In this document: positions 25,163 to 38,223 of the stretch, piece by piece | How positions within the stretch are numbered: position 1 is the first letter of the stretch | Layout of the letters: every line of letters begins with the position of its first letter | Source of the DNA: Octopus sinensis | Taxonomy: Eukaryota | DNA length: 64,000 nucleotides | Direction: 5' to 3' | Assembly: GCF_006345805.1 (NCBI RefSeq) | Contig: NC_043010.1 | Location: 54,994,001 to 55,058,000, forward strand | The notes under the pieces: model-generated | Database searches by the model: none | Told to the model about the DNA's origin: nothing | Seen by the model: only the letters and a program-made list of their open reading frames with translations | Program-made: the position numbers and the translations under genes

Positions 25163-26150
25163 AATAGCCTTATCTTTATCACGTGCTTTCACTTCACTAC
25201 CTATTTCTTTACTACCCACAAGGGGCTAAACACAGAGGGGACAAACAAGGACAGACAAATGGATTAAGTTGATTACATCGACTCCAGTGCGTAACTGGTA
25301 CTTAAGTTATCGACCCCCAAAAGGATGAAAGGCAAAGTCAACCTCGACGGAATTTGAACTCAGAACGTAACGGCAGACGAAATACCGCCAAGCATTTCGC
25401 CCGGCATGCTAACGTTTCTGCCAGCTCTCCGCCTTTCTCTTCACTACCGAGTGCAGCTCTGTGTGCCTTGGGTATGTGCTGTTGTTTGTTGTGATGCTCT
25501 TATTTGTACTGTATTAAAAGTGTTTTACGTAGGATGTGTGCGATGCTTAGTAGTGCTATTTTGTGTATGTTATATATAATTGTTATGTATTTGTCTGAAT
25601 ATTTTTTATTATACCTAATGCGCCTACTAGGATGGGAATAGCTTCAGTTTTTAAATTCCACATTCTATTTCCAGATCTTTGGTTTTTGGATTTTTCTCCG
25701 TTTCTTTTAAATAATCATTGTCATCTGTTGGTATAAACCCACCGATTAGAAAGCATTTCTGTTCTTGGTGATCTCTACCAACTCTATCCCGCCTATTGTC
25801 TTTCATTTGTCTATCTGTGTGTATTGGCATATGTCAGAGTATGGTTGCTTTCTCATTTCCTGTGACCTTTTCTAGCGTGTGCTTATACCAGCTTTTTTCT
25901 GTTGTGTTTCCACAGTGTTGTCATAGCTTCCAGTTTATATAGATCCTTCCTTTGTAGCGTCTGTGAATATATCCCTTCTTAGCCAGGATTAGGCAACCAG
26001 AGACCTTATGATTTATTGTTTCTTGTCAATCTCCGCATATTCTACAGTTAGTTGTATTTCTTTCCATTACATGTCTTCGATAATTTCTGTTGGGAAGGTT
26101 TTAATCTTATACAGCAATTAAAAATCCTTCAGTCTCTACTTTGCAAATTG
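25163..26150 (-). mobile_element. R4/Dong-like LINE 3' part (CCHC knuckle and RLE endonuclease), decayed, interrupted by a SINE
   Basis: ETEGFLIA...CRICGD*QETINHKVSGC...WYKHTLEKV...MPIHTDRQMKDNRRD...IPILVGALG with in-frame stops. Confidence 0.85.
25202..25433 (-). mobile_element. Family B SINE nested in the LINE 3' UTR
   Basis: TSD tttc(a/t)cttcactacc at 25187-25201 and 25434-25448. Confidence 0.92.
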
Positions 26151-26985
26151 ATTCTATTCAGTTACCTATTGGCATAGTGATCAATGGCATATTCCAGCGG
26201 TGACACTTTGATTTTCCCTTAGCAATCAAGTTACCCAGTTGGTAATCTTTATTTGAGTTGGGTTACAGCAATCCAATTACTATAGATCCATAATGCATCT
26301 TACGGCTGTGCCAATCACCTATAAGTTGAAGAATCGTTTATTGGGGAGTGGTAACGACTTGGACAGGGTAGCTGACTGCTTATTCTGATCGTTCGTCGTT
26401 TGGTTTCCTCAAGCTTTGCTCTCTTTTACAAACCCGGTGATCATTTATATATCTTCGATTACAATGATATTAGAAAAGTAGATATACGACACAAATTTTT
26501 TAAAAATTGTCAAAAATTCAAATCCTCTGGTTGACTTTAAGACCCTTCCTAATAGAGGCCTTAACTCCCACATTTTAGAGTTCCATGTGCACCATGTGCT
26601 CCATTTTTCGGGGTCAAATTCCTTTTAATGGGTTTTATAAGATTTGAAGTTTGGAATTTGGGCATACAGATGAGTAGCATGGGATAAATGTGTCATGATT
26701 AGAATTATTTTAGGGTGCGTATAGAGGGAAAAAATCTCCATTAGAGTACTTAAACTCCAATTTTGATGATATTCGATTCATGGATATTTCATTTCATTAG
26801 AGAAAATATATAAGAAAAGTCAAATTCTTCAAATCGATGTGATACGGGCAACGCCGGATATCTTTTTCGGTATACTATATAAGCGACTGGGGATTTGGGT
26901 GTGTGCGTATAAAATGTAGGCGTGTGCTCCGTTCTATTAGTATACACATATAAAAGATCATGAGCATAAAAATTGGGAGTGAGGA

Positions 26986-27017
<32 letters not shown>

Positions 27018-27409
27018 TTGTGTGTGTGTATGTGTGTGTGCGTATATACAGACACGTTCGTTTCTTTCCTATAAATATAGCTGCAGGTAGGTTGATGCTT
27101 AGCACAGGAGGGAGTAAATATTATTAGTGTACGTATAAATGTGTTACAATACGAAAAAAATAAACCTTGTTATCTTATAAATAGAAAACCAGATAATGCG
27201 CATTGTCCGTAAAGAATATATTGAAGTCTTCCTATCAATGTATTATACTTTTCCTTTGTGTGTGTATTTGGAAATGGTTCGTGCACGTGTATATGTGTCT
27301 ATATGTGCGTCGTTATGCATGAATGCATATATACTAAAATACATGCACATACACACGAATGGAAGTGTATATTTACTAATGATGTGAAATGTCTCCCTAT
27401 CATTGTATC

Positions 27410-27423
27410 AATATCTATATCTA

Positions 27424-27485
<62 letters not shown>

Positions 27486-27493
27486 GCTATCTA

Positions 27494-27535
<42 letters not shown>
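27410..27535. repeat. (TATC)n(TA)n microsatellite
   Basis: Direct reading. Confidence 0.97.
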
Positions 27536-27536
<1 letters not shown>

Positions 27537-27709
27537 CTCTGCCCCTCCATCTCTCTCTCAAATATACATTTTTACTCTTTTACTTGTTTCAATCATTTGA
27601 CTCATATATGTGTGTTAGCATGAGTGTGTACGTGCGGAATTATTATATCCAGTTACTTCTATATTTTTAACATTTGCATTTTTGATTTAAACCGTCACTA
27701 TCGTATCTT

Positions 27710-27754
<45 letters not shown>

Positions 27755-27766
<12 letters not shown>

Positions 27767-27935
27767 CACAGCAAAGTATGCACGTAAATGTGAAACAAAG
27801 TGGGAAAATTACACTCAAATAACTGAGGTAGAGTAATATGCTTCATTATTATTAAAGCTGGAAAAAATGTCGCAAAAAATATAAAACTACAGCTACTCAG
27901 GGTTTCACGTTCCCGATCGTGTGATAGTTTATACT
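27755..27935 (-). mobile_element. Probable Penelope-like terminal fragment with broken hammerhead
   Basis: Similar to 38165-38300 (taaatgtgaaacaa...ggtagagtaatatgctt); minus strand keeps cgggaacgt-GAAAC-cctgag-TA but the CUGANGA box is mutated. Confidence 0.5.
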
Positions 27936-28576
27936 GAGAATGGAACAAAATTAAGTTTGTATATATAAAATTTCAGTTGACAGATACACATTATGTTTGG
28001 TTTCTTTTCATTAGTCCTTTCAACTAACAATTTTTTCTAATCAAAGATGATAGGTTTAACAATCATTTAATTTAAAATCTACGGAGACCTTAACTCATAA
28101 ATCGAATGTAATAAAAATAACTGTAGCTAGAAGGGAAAAGAGAAACATAAATACCCAGTATAAATTAAGAAATAAAAACATATATAGGCAAAATATAAAG
28201 ATGAATATATATACTAATTTATGCATAAATATCTACACTCACACACACGCACATACGTGGACATCATTCGCCTTCGTGCGTATGTTGTGAAAACGTAACT
28301 TTATTGCTACACCTTAGAAAAGAGTCAGAATAAGGATAGGATGTGGTGGCTGGAAGTGAAATATGTGATAGAATGGAGAACAAAGAGTGAAAATGAAGAT
28401 AGAAAAGACAGAGAAAGAGAAAGAAAATAACGGTATTCACTAATTTATCTAACGACAAGGAAAAGGAAAATGAAAAGGAAAAGGGGAAAAAAAGGCAGAT
28501 GCACATCTAACCTTTATGAAAAAACGCCAACCCTGCGAACGCACACATAAATATACATACATATTCACTAAAGCAA

Positions 28577-28614
<38 letters not shown>

Positions 28615-28619
28615 GTTTA

Positions 28620-29372
28620 TATCACCATGATCAACTTGACCGACCAGTCCGTCGTGCGTCAATTTGACACCGCTGATCACAGCACGCTGTCCACTCCTCT
28701 CTGGATCGCGCCTTCCTCATCCGCGTGGTCCCAAGCGCCGTCCTAAAATCATAACTCCACCGTTAGGCCTTCCGAGTGGTCGTTTCCGCTCGCGCGGGTA
28801 CCATTCGAAAACTGCGCGGGTCCACCAATTATCGGTGAGTCGGGCAACGTGTCCAGCCCATCTAAACTTGCTGTGTGTATATTCTACGATGACATCACTC
28901 AAGCCGGACGTCAGTCTGATGACGTCGCTACTGATGTGCTCTCTCAAGTATATTCTAAGCATTGACCTCTCCATGGTTCTTTGAGACGTTATCAATCTTT
29001 GCTCTTCTCTCTTTGTTGTAGCCCATGTTTCACTACAATATAACATTGGAGGTAGAACTATGCTATTGATGAGGTGGGCATGGGTCGTCCTGTCCAACCT
29101 TCCCTTAAGCATATCCCTTATGTCATTAAACGCCTTCCATCCGGCACTTACTCTCTGCGAGATCTCCTTTTCGATGTCTCGGCACATATTCACTTCCTCT
29201 CCTAGGTCGACATATTCCTTTACCTCCTATATTTCATCACTGCCGACGACCATTCCACCTGTTGGTACGTTGTCGGACCACATGAATTTCGTTTTCATGC
29301 GGTTCATCTTGAGACCTACTGCAGAGCTTTTGATGTCGAGCTGATCTGTGCTTTCAGTGATGATTACGTTGT
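28620..29372 (-). mobile_element. RTE-like LINE, 5'-truncated RT C-terminal fragment
   Basis: ORF 28717-29193: EISQRVSAGWKAF...VLPPMLYCSETW...QRTMERSML...RWAGHVAR...WYPRERKRPLGRP; upstream GLKMNRMKTKFM in another frame. Confidence 0.9.
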
Positions 29373-29406
29373 GCAACTGTTCAGGGAAGAAAATTCCGGA
29401 TGCACC

Positions 29407-29787
29407 AGAAGAAATAAAGATAGACTTTTTTCTATTCTAAAGAAAAACGATTTTATTCACACAAATATGAAGCCGTAATGATAAGGCTGTTGAATAGGAG
29501 AACACAAACATGGTTTAAACAGTAAGCTTGGCAGGAAAGAAACCTGCCTCAAAGCACTACAAAAACAACAAAAAAGTGAAAGGTGCACTTATGTACAGGT
29601 TGACGGAAGAAAAGCAGGACAAAACGGCTTTATCGATCGCATTCTCACCTGGAATCGATTTTTGTACTTTTCTCAAGACTTATACACGCTCTGATACCGT
29701 CGGTATGTATATATCAAATTTCAGCGCAATCGGATGGAGGATGCCCGAGAGTGGACACACAGAGAAGGGATTTTATATAATATATGT
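29407..29787 (-). mobile_element. Non-autonomous Helitron-like element, 5' part
   Basis: Reverse complement matches 52741-52976 (tattatataaaat...tctcgggcat..tccatccgattgc..aaatttgatat). Confidence 0.6.
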
Positions 29788-29789
29788 AT

Positions 29790-29791
29790 GT

Positions 29792-29885
<94 letters not shown>

Positions 29886-29894
29886 TAGATAGAT

Positions 29895-29955
<61 letters not shown>

Positions 29956-29960
29956 TAAAT
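29790..29960. repeat. (TA)n(GA)n(GATA)n microsatellite
   Basis: Direct reading. Confidence 0.97.
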
Positions 29961-30335
29961 AAATATGCTAAACTGTTACACATGGCAACGCACTTGCATA
30001 CATAAAACAACATACATGTATGCATAGGTGAGCATGTACGTAACTATCTGCTGCACTACAGGTTATATGTGCTCAATCATGTTATATAATTTCCATACGG
30101 TTTAACAATAAAAAATATATATGTCTGTGTAGTCATTGCGTATGTATGTATGTTTGTGTTATTCTATGTGTGTACGTATATGTGTTCATGCGTTTGCGTG
30201 TCTATGCTTGTGAGTGTATACGTGCGTGTCCGTATGTCTCTATATTTATGCATGTTGTGTGCATATGCACACATATATGTATATATATATATATTATATA
30301 TATATATATGCATATATATATACACACAGGAACAT

Positions 30336-30400
<65 letters not shown>

Positions 30401-30411
30401 GTATGTATATA

Positions 30412-30450
<39 letters not shown>

Positions 30451-30454
30451 CTGT

Positions 30455-30877
<423 letters not shown>

Positions 30878-31429
30878 TTATAAAACACACGATTTGACCG
30901 CGCACTTAAACCAATTGACACCATGAGTATGTTTGTGAATGTATATATACTTTTCTCCTTGTGTTAGCTTTCTTCTCCAATATGAACGGAACGTGTTTTC
31001 ACCGGAAACTAGATAATTGTGTACATTGCGCACTTCCGACAGAATGAATAAGAACATGTCAATCCAGACTTAATATCTTCAATATAATCATGGTACTGAT
31101 TATTACATTGTCGGCGAAGGGATTTCGAATTACACGCTGAACTGCACACGGTTACAGATTGATCGAAATTGCGAGTAATGGAAGTTAGAATATGCATTCA
31201 TGTTATATTATGCATACCTGCACACGTGTATTAGCGTTGAATGTTTTACATGATTCAAGTTGTAATAAGAAAAGAGAGGAAGGCTCAATGTAATGTGTCA
31301 GTGTTTTGATGTGAGAATATGTACACACACATATATAAATGTATATATATATATGCATATATTATACACACATATGTATGTATGCATTTAACTATCTGCT
31401 TCTCCCTCTCAACATATATATATAAAATA

Positions 31430-31517
31430 AATAAATGCCGGCTTTTAAAGCGTAGCCAGGTACATGGATCCGGTTTCCCGGTTTTAATGGCGTATGTGGT
31501 CCCCAGCTGGACGGGAT
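31430..31517 (-). mobile_element. Family D SINE tail fragment
   Basis: Matches 40527-40612. Confidence 0.75.
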
Positions 31518-31544
31518 AAAACTGCTGCCTTAGATATTCTTACT

Positions 31545-32312
31545 GATAAATAGCAATAGAAGCTTCTCAATGGCAAACACCAGAAGAGAATTAATAGCGC
31601 CGATGTTGACAAAGCACTCACCCAGTGTTTTCTGCTTAAAATCAGAAACAGAAGGGTTTATCATAGCAACTCAAGATCATTGCCTACCTACAAGAAACAT
31701 ATTAAATAACGGCAGATGACCAACATGATAAACACAGGTGGAAACACAAACCACATCCAGTGCTTGAAATGATCACATCTCTCTTCGCTGGGACTTCACC
31801 ATTCAAACTGACAGAAAGATAGACGTGAATCGACCAGACATTGTATTGAAGTACTTCAGACAAAAATATGCCTCCTTATTGATATGACTGTCACAATCAA
31901 CATAAAGACCTACCAAATACTGAGCGAGTATAAACATCTTGAAATAGAATTTTAGCAAAAGGTGGAACATCAAGACTAAAACAATACCTGTTTCCATAGT
32001 TGCCCTTGGAATGATAGCAGAAGGGACTAATTGCTACCTAGCTCAGATATCAGGAAACCAAAAGATAATGCTAATAGGAACTGCCCATATCCTACATAAA
32101 ATATTGTCTATGTAATCTAAAATTTTAAAACAGACTCATAAGGTTCTTATGTTTTCTTAAACATTCTCTAGAACAATACTATGTACAAAACCAAATATAT
32201 AACAGCCTAGTCATAGCAGCAACAATAAATTCTAACTTATTGTCTCTTGAATTTTCTTGGTGAGACTTGGAGCCACATTGTACAAATACAAAGCAGAGGT
32301 CAAACATAATAA
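31545..32312 (+). mobile_element. R4/Dong-like LINE 3' part, decayed
   Basis: LKSETEGFIIATQD...WDFTIQTDRKIDVNRPDIV...IVALGMI...IGTAHILHKILSM*; ends at taataat. Confidence 0.85.
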
Positions 32313-32396
32313 TAGTATGTTACGTACATTGTTTTGTCTTGGTATAAAAGACGGGCTACAGCACATATCCTGCTCAATCTACAGATTTGCTTGTCA

Positions 32397-32417
32397 GTAA
32401 TAATAATAATAATAATA

Positions 32418-32479
<62 letters not shown>

Positions 32480-32492
32480 TAATAATAATAAT
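32397..32492. repeat. (TAA)n array
   Basis: Direct reading. Confidence 0.98.
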
Positions 32493-32519
32493 GCCCATAT
32501 CACGAATGAAAACCCTAGA

Positions 32520-32835
32520 CGTTTCCAAAACCACAATAAGTTGCGGCGATATGACCAGGTTGCCAAAGTGCTACATTAGAAACTGTGAAAAGCGGGGGCT
32601 AGATGGAGGCAAGACGTGATTGATAGAATCGGGGACTAGCCAAATCCCCTGGAATTTCCCAATCCAAACAGATCAGGTCATAAAGCATACCAAACCTGAT
32701 CTAGTGGTGGTGAACAAGGTGCACCACACATGCTATATAGTTGATGTTGATGCGCATTTGACCGACGAATATTCAAGAAGGAAGACAAAAAGATAGAGAG
32801 ATACAAACCTCTTAAGTATGAAATACCATAGGCTG
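32520..32835 (+). mobile_element. R4/Dong-like RLE endonuclease fragment
   Basis: YDQVAKVLH...WNFPIQTDQVIKHTKPDLVVV...CYIVDV...KKIERYKPLKYEI. Confidence 0.8.
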
Positions 32836-35299
32836 CAGGTAGTAAGCTCGCTACGCATGCAAAATCCCTGAAGATGAAAGGCAACGTTGATTGTGATAGG
32901 TTTGAGATGCAATTTTGACAGAGTAAATACCGCAAATTGTATTCGTCTGATGATCTAATGATTATGTTAGCTTATTGCCTTTATTTTATCCATATTTAAT
33001 ATAGAAACAGTGATAAAACAACGTAATTTATGATAAATAATTTCTCATGTAGTTGGTGAGAAGGAGAAACTTTCGGAAACCAAATTAAAACTTCCAACTG
33101 TTCTGTTAGAACAAGATATCTTTCTATAATTTAATAAATTTTGCTACATGGATTGGTATGTTTCACTGAGACTGGTCCCTGTCAACGCGTATTTGTAACG
33201 TATGTGTAGTTACATCTAATGTCAACTGAATCTGCGAAGCTAATCTATAAAATTTTATTTCTAAAACCAACACACGCAACACATCCATTTCACTAATTCA
33301 CATATCCTAAGCTAGGGCCATCCAGATCTCTGTATTTCTTGCGCTGAATATCCAAACAATTATCTCTTTATTAGTGATAATTCTGATTTAGATTGTTGTA
33401 ATCTCCAATGAACAATGGTTGATAGGCTTGTGTGTGATAACAGTTGTGTCGTATTCAGAGATAAACGCAACCTAAACCTAAATGTATTTATCTTTGTTTT
33501 ATCCTGGTTTACAATAAAAGAAAATAAGTTACAACGTGTTAGCAAAGGTTAAGAACGATATGCAAAGTGTTATGCGTTGAGTTCTGACATCATTCGTGTC
33601 ATTCTATTCTATCTGGTATCGGTACGTTTAATGTCTAACAGCAATCATAATTTTACATGCAGTAATCTACTTGATAATTGGCCAGAAAAACGTAGTCTAT
33701 TTTCCCAATATTGGAATGCCTATCACAGGAATAAGGAAGTCTGTAAACTAAGTGGAATTCAAATCGCTGTTACTTGATTTCTCTTTGTTCACCATCAGAG
33801 GTCACTAATCACCGAAAATGTGCCGGTCATGTATATTATGTCGTATTTGCATTCAAAACATATCTAGTGTTTCATTGCCATTCAGATTACTCTTTGTCTT
33901 ATAATGCGTGAATATTGAAATTAGAGGGCGGTTTGGCTGAGGTTTTTAGCAAGTTGAGTAATTACAAAGTCGGGTGTTGCTATTTACTGCAATGTTGTTA
34001 TGTTTATTGCTATAGCTGGTGTTGGCATTTTATGGCAGTGATAGTGGCGTTATTCCGCAATACATAGTGCATAGGCAAATGCCATGAGAACCAAAGTGCG
34101 TTAAGATCAATATTTTTGTTACCTGCCTGTTCATAAATTGTAAATCTCGGAAAACCTTGAGGGAACATGCCTTACTTTTAGATAAATATATTTGCCAATT
34201 GTAGGATATGGGACGCTGAAGATATCGTAGAGATCGTACAAAATCTCTGGTTTACATCCTAGAAATAATTCTTCGTGTTGTGCTAAGACAAGCACTTGAT
34301 ATTGTTTACGTTTTGGTCAACCGTGCTCAGACGTTTTACCAAAAACATTTCATCAATATATTGATTGTTCTTTGGTTTTAGATATTGCACTTGTTATATG
34401 TTAAATGGCGTTATTATCTTTTTGTCGTAAGTGTACATTCAGTCAGAGATAAGACTATTTCTTAAAAGTTGAGCAACGATGTTGAGAGTCCATCATTGCG
34501 ATGTTTCTTTGCAGGTTTTACGTCTGTGAAAATTTATAAACAATTTGGTGTTCTTAAGCCGTTCAATTATAATAAATCAGTTGGGATTTCGTGTTTGTGA
34601 AATTTAACAGAGTGTCTTGCTGAAAATAGTGGACGAAGGGTATAAAGCAATCATTTAAAACAAGTTCATCTCACATAAATGTGATGATTTTTCGTTTGGC
34701 AATTTGCCAAATTTATTTCAAAGTGAAATACGTCTTGCGTATTTCATCTGAAATTTGAGGTTGTTACTGGTGTCGAAAAACATTTCAAAATATTTGATGG
34801 TGTTTATCTTGATCGGTCTATTATTAGCTTAATACCATTTCAGTAGTGTAAGAATTATAGGTACTAATATACAGGAATAATAATACTTTACAGTGTCCGA
34901 GAATCTTGAAGACAATGACGTCCAAAACAGAGATAAAATGTTAGCGCGTGGGATTACAATTTAGAAGAGCATTAATACGTTTATCTATAAACGAAACAGT
35001 ATGCAAAGCAACCACCATCGTAAAACAAATGTCAATCAACAAGGGGTAAAATTAAACTCGTAAAAGAAAAACACGTAAACGATTATAGGAACCTATGGAG
35101 TATTACAGGTGCAAGTTCAAAGAAATTATTAAATCTGGTATAGAGGAAAGCACGCCAAAACAAGCAATCACTGGCAGAAAGCAGCTCTAGGTGTTGTGAA
35201 GAACGAATTTGTACGTGGTCTGTTTTTGAGAGCTATTCTATTGGACCTCTGTGTAATTAATCTGGCGTGCTAAACTTAGTTTTAATGATTCAGCATTAA

Positions 35300-35540
35300 G
35301 TGCTGCAGCATGACTTTTCTGATCTTGAGAAAGTGTCATCTCCCTTCTGACTTGGGACTCCATCAGACATGCTCCTGCATGCTTTTGATGAAGTTGAGAA
35401 ATTATCCTCCCCCTTCTCGCTTAAGACTGTATTCTACGTGTTGCAACATGCGTTTGGTGATCTTTGGAAAGTGTCATGTCCTTTCTGCATTGAAACTCCA
35501 TCTGATGTGCTGTAGTATGCCTTTGCTAATTATGAGGACG
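35300..35540. repeat. Diverged 69-bp tandem repeat, ~3.4 copies
   Basis: Equivalent ATG at 35310, 35379, 35448 and 35517; units 1 and 3 share tgatctt..aaagtgtcat..ttctg..actccatc. Confidence 0.8.
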
Positions 35541-35565
35541 ATGCTCTAACGAACGAACTATGTGT

Positions 35566-35571
<6 letters not shown>

Positions 35572-35614
<43 letters not shown>

Positions 35615-35683
35615 CTATATATCTTTCTTTCTCTCTCTCTCACTAAATCCCTCCCTCCCTCCCAGTCTCTCTCTCCCTCTCTC

Positions 35684-35729
<46 letters not shown>

Positions 35730-35765
35730 CATCTGTCTGTCCATTTATCTGTCTATCTATCTATA
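35572..35765. repeat. (TC)n/(TATC)n microsatellite
   Basis: Direct reading. Confidence 0.95.
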
Positions 35766-36036
35766 TAAACACAAAATTACACCTTCATGAGTAATTGAGC
35801 AGTTTGTCGGATGATGGTATTACACTCCGCTGGGTACTATGTGTTTCCTCGAATTGTTTTAGCTTTCTATTACTTGTAATTCGTTGTCTATATGAGGAGG
35901 CCAACATTCTCCCTTAGAGAAACGGAATACCATGGAAAGATTTCCCATCGACAGCTGGGTGAACTGGAACAAAGAGAAATGAAGTGTTTTGTTCACGAAC
36001 ACGGCACCTGGCTGGAATGCGAAGCCTTAATTGCAT

Positions 36037-36274
36037 CCAATAATTAACAATTTTCGTCAGGGAACATAGATACCCAAAAATAAATTTAGCAAAAATACTT
36101 GCCGTCTAATATACTTTTCTAATTATGCATGCAGTTTTCATTAGCCACTCAGCACCCAGTAATTAACCATTTCCCTCAGGAAACATAGGTACCCAAAAAT
36201 AAATGTAGAAAAAATTCTTGCCATCTAACATACTTTTCTAATTGTACATGCAGTTTTTATTAGCCGCTCAGCAC
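36037..36274. repeat. 119-bp tandem duplication, diverged by substitutions
   Basis: Units 36037-36155 and 36156-36274, both ending ctcagcac. Confidence 0.9.
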
Positions 36275-36904
36275 GTAACGTGGCCTTTGTTATCACATGT
36301 AAGTGTTGGGACACACTTATAATGAGACACAACATGCTAAACATTTTATATACAGAAAATTCAATATCTGCGCGGATTACATTATTCGCTTTCCCCTATT
36401 AACTTATACAATATCATGGTTATTTTAACAGAAGTTTGAAATACTCTTTGATAAAATACTGAATATTTGCCATGAGATTTTAGTGGAAAATTTTGCATTA
36501 CAAGCGATAAATTTTCTCTTTGATTCCCATTATGTTAATTACGTTACAAATTTCCTCATATTGTGTAAAAAAATATAAAACAGAACAAATACTTAAAACG
36601 TTTGAAGAATCAATGAAATTATATAAGAAAGCAATGTTTATCACCTATTCTCATACGCTTTTCTGTCGTTATTATACGACTTTCAATTTAAAAGAACACA
36701 AGCTCTAAAGAAGTTACGAACAAATTACTTTTTTCTGAGAATTGTCTATTGAAAAACTATTGTGAAATGAGTGTATTTATTTCTCAAAGATTTAAGCGGA
36801 AAACTTATATGGCTGTTTGTCTTCAGCTTTACGCTATTAAATCGTCTTAGAAGTACGTAAATATTTACGTACGCGTATGTACTACCTCCCATATATACAC
36901 GCAT

Positions 36905-36943
36905 TCATACATACATACATACATACATACATACATACATACA

Positions 36944-36975
<32 letters not shown>
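36905..36975. repeat. (CATA)n microsatellite
   Basis: Direct reading. Confidence 0.98.
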
Positions 36976-36977
<2 letters not shown>

Positions 36978-37283
36978 CTCACGTGTATAGAAATATACAC
37001 ACATACTTACATGCATACAAATATACATACACACATAGGAACCTACATACATACACACAAACACCCGCATATATGTACCTGAATATAACTACATATATAA
37101 GGATGCATATACAAAACACAAAATTACATCTACGTATGCACACACGCATCTATTTTTAAATATAAATACATAAGCACGCGTATTCATGTATTATACATAA
37201 AACGGAAAAAATTATGAAGACAGAAACACGCTATCATTTTCTATCATATTCACATACGCGCAGAATGCTCTTGTACGTATATA

Positions 37284-37856
37284 CAGGATGTCTGAGCTAG
37301 CCTTGCCGTTATTTTATAAATATTTTTTCAGAAGTGCTTCCTGTGTTGGGGAACAGTTAACGGCGTTGGAGGGCATAAACTTTAAAGTTGTAGTTTAGAA
37401 GAAGTTTGCTGAATATTAGAACGCGTTACCTGTCATGATCTTTCACGCTGCGTATCGTGATTGGTGCTCAGTTCCCTGTCAAGACTGTAAAGGCTGTAAG
37501 ATATGACATGGACAGCTGCAATGGGGTCAAGGAAGCCGTGGCCAGCAGGGAGGGATACACCTCATCTGACTGCGTGCGCACGCAGGGTTTATCCAGGAAA
37601 GGAGAACGGGGCTTTTTGACCAAGGTCAAGGAAGTGTTCGCAGTTCTTCCTGGGAGCACAATGAGGGACGCATGAACCAAGTTCTAGAGCTCGCTTGCGG
37701 CCGTGCTTGAACCCGAGAGCAACTGTTTTGAATAAACAGTTATCACCCAGCCATAGTGAAGTAAATATCTTTTAAATTTTTTAAAATAGTTTTATTTTGG
37801 GATACAGTTTCTTTTATGCAAACAGTCAAATTTAGCTCAAAGCGGAATGCCTATGT
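37284..37856 (+). mobile_element. Internally deleted Tc1/mariner element
   Basis: TA|caggatgtctgagcta left end and gtcaaatttagctca right TIR remnant; N-terminal TVKAVRYDMDSCNG..SDCVRT joined to C-terminal KVKEVF..RDA*TKF*SSLAAVLEPESNCFE*. Confidence 0.7.
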
Positions 37857-38223
37857 AGGCGAAAAGTAATTTAAATATCTTAAATATGATATCTAAAATT
37901 TAACCTACATGTATGCTACATAACTTAATAAAGTGAGTCAAATAATATTTTTATATATCTAAAATTACGATGATAAAATGATGTGAGATATCTTTAATGA
38001 AATTTAGATCAGAGGGAAAACGTAGAGAGCTGCTGTGCATTTCAAAATAACAAATATTAATTTCAACAGAAATAAACGTATCAGGTATTTGAAGCTATCT
38101 TGACAACTATTTTTATCTTTCATCTTATATATATTATATATATATATACATATAGACGCGAGTAAACACATAAATGTGAAACAAGGTGGAAAAAAGAGTA
38201 CTCAAATACCAGTGGTAGAGTAA

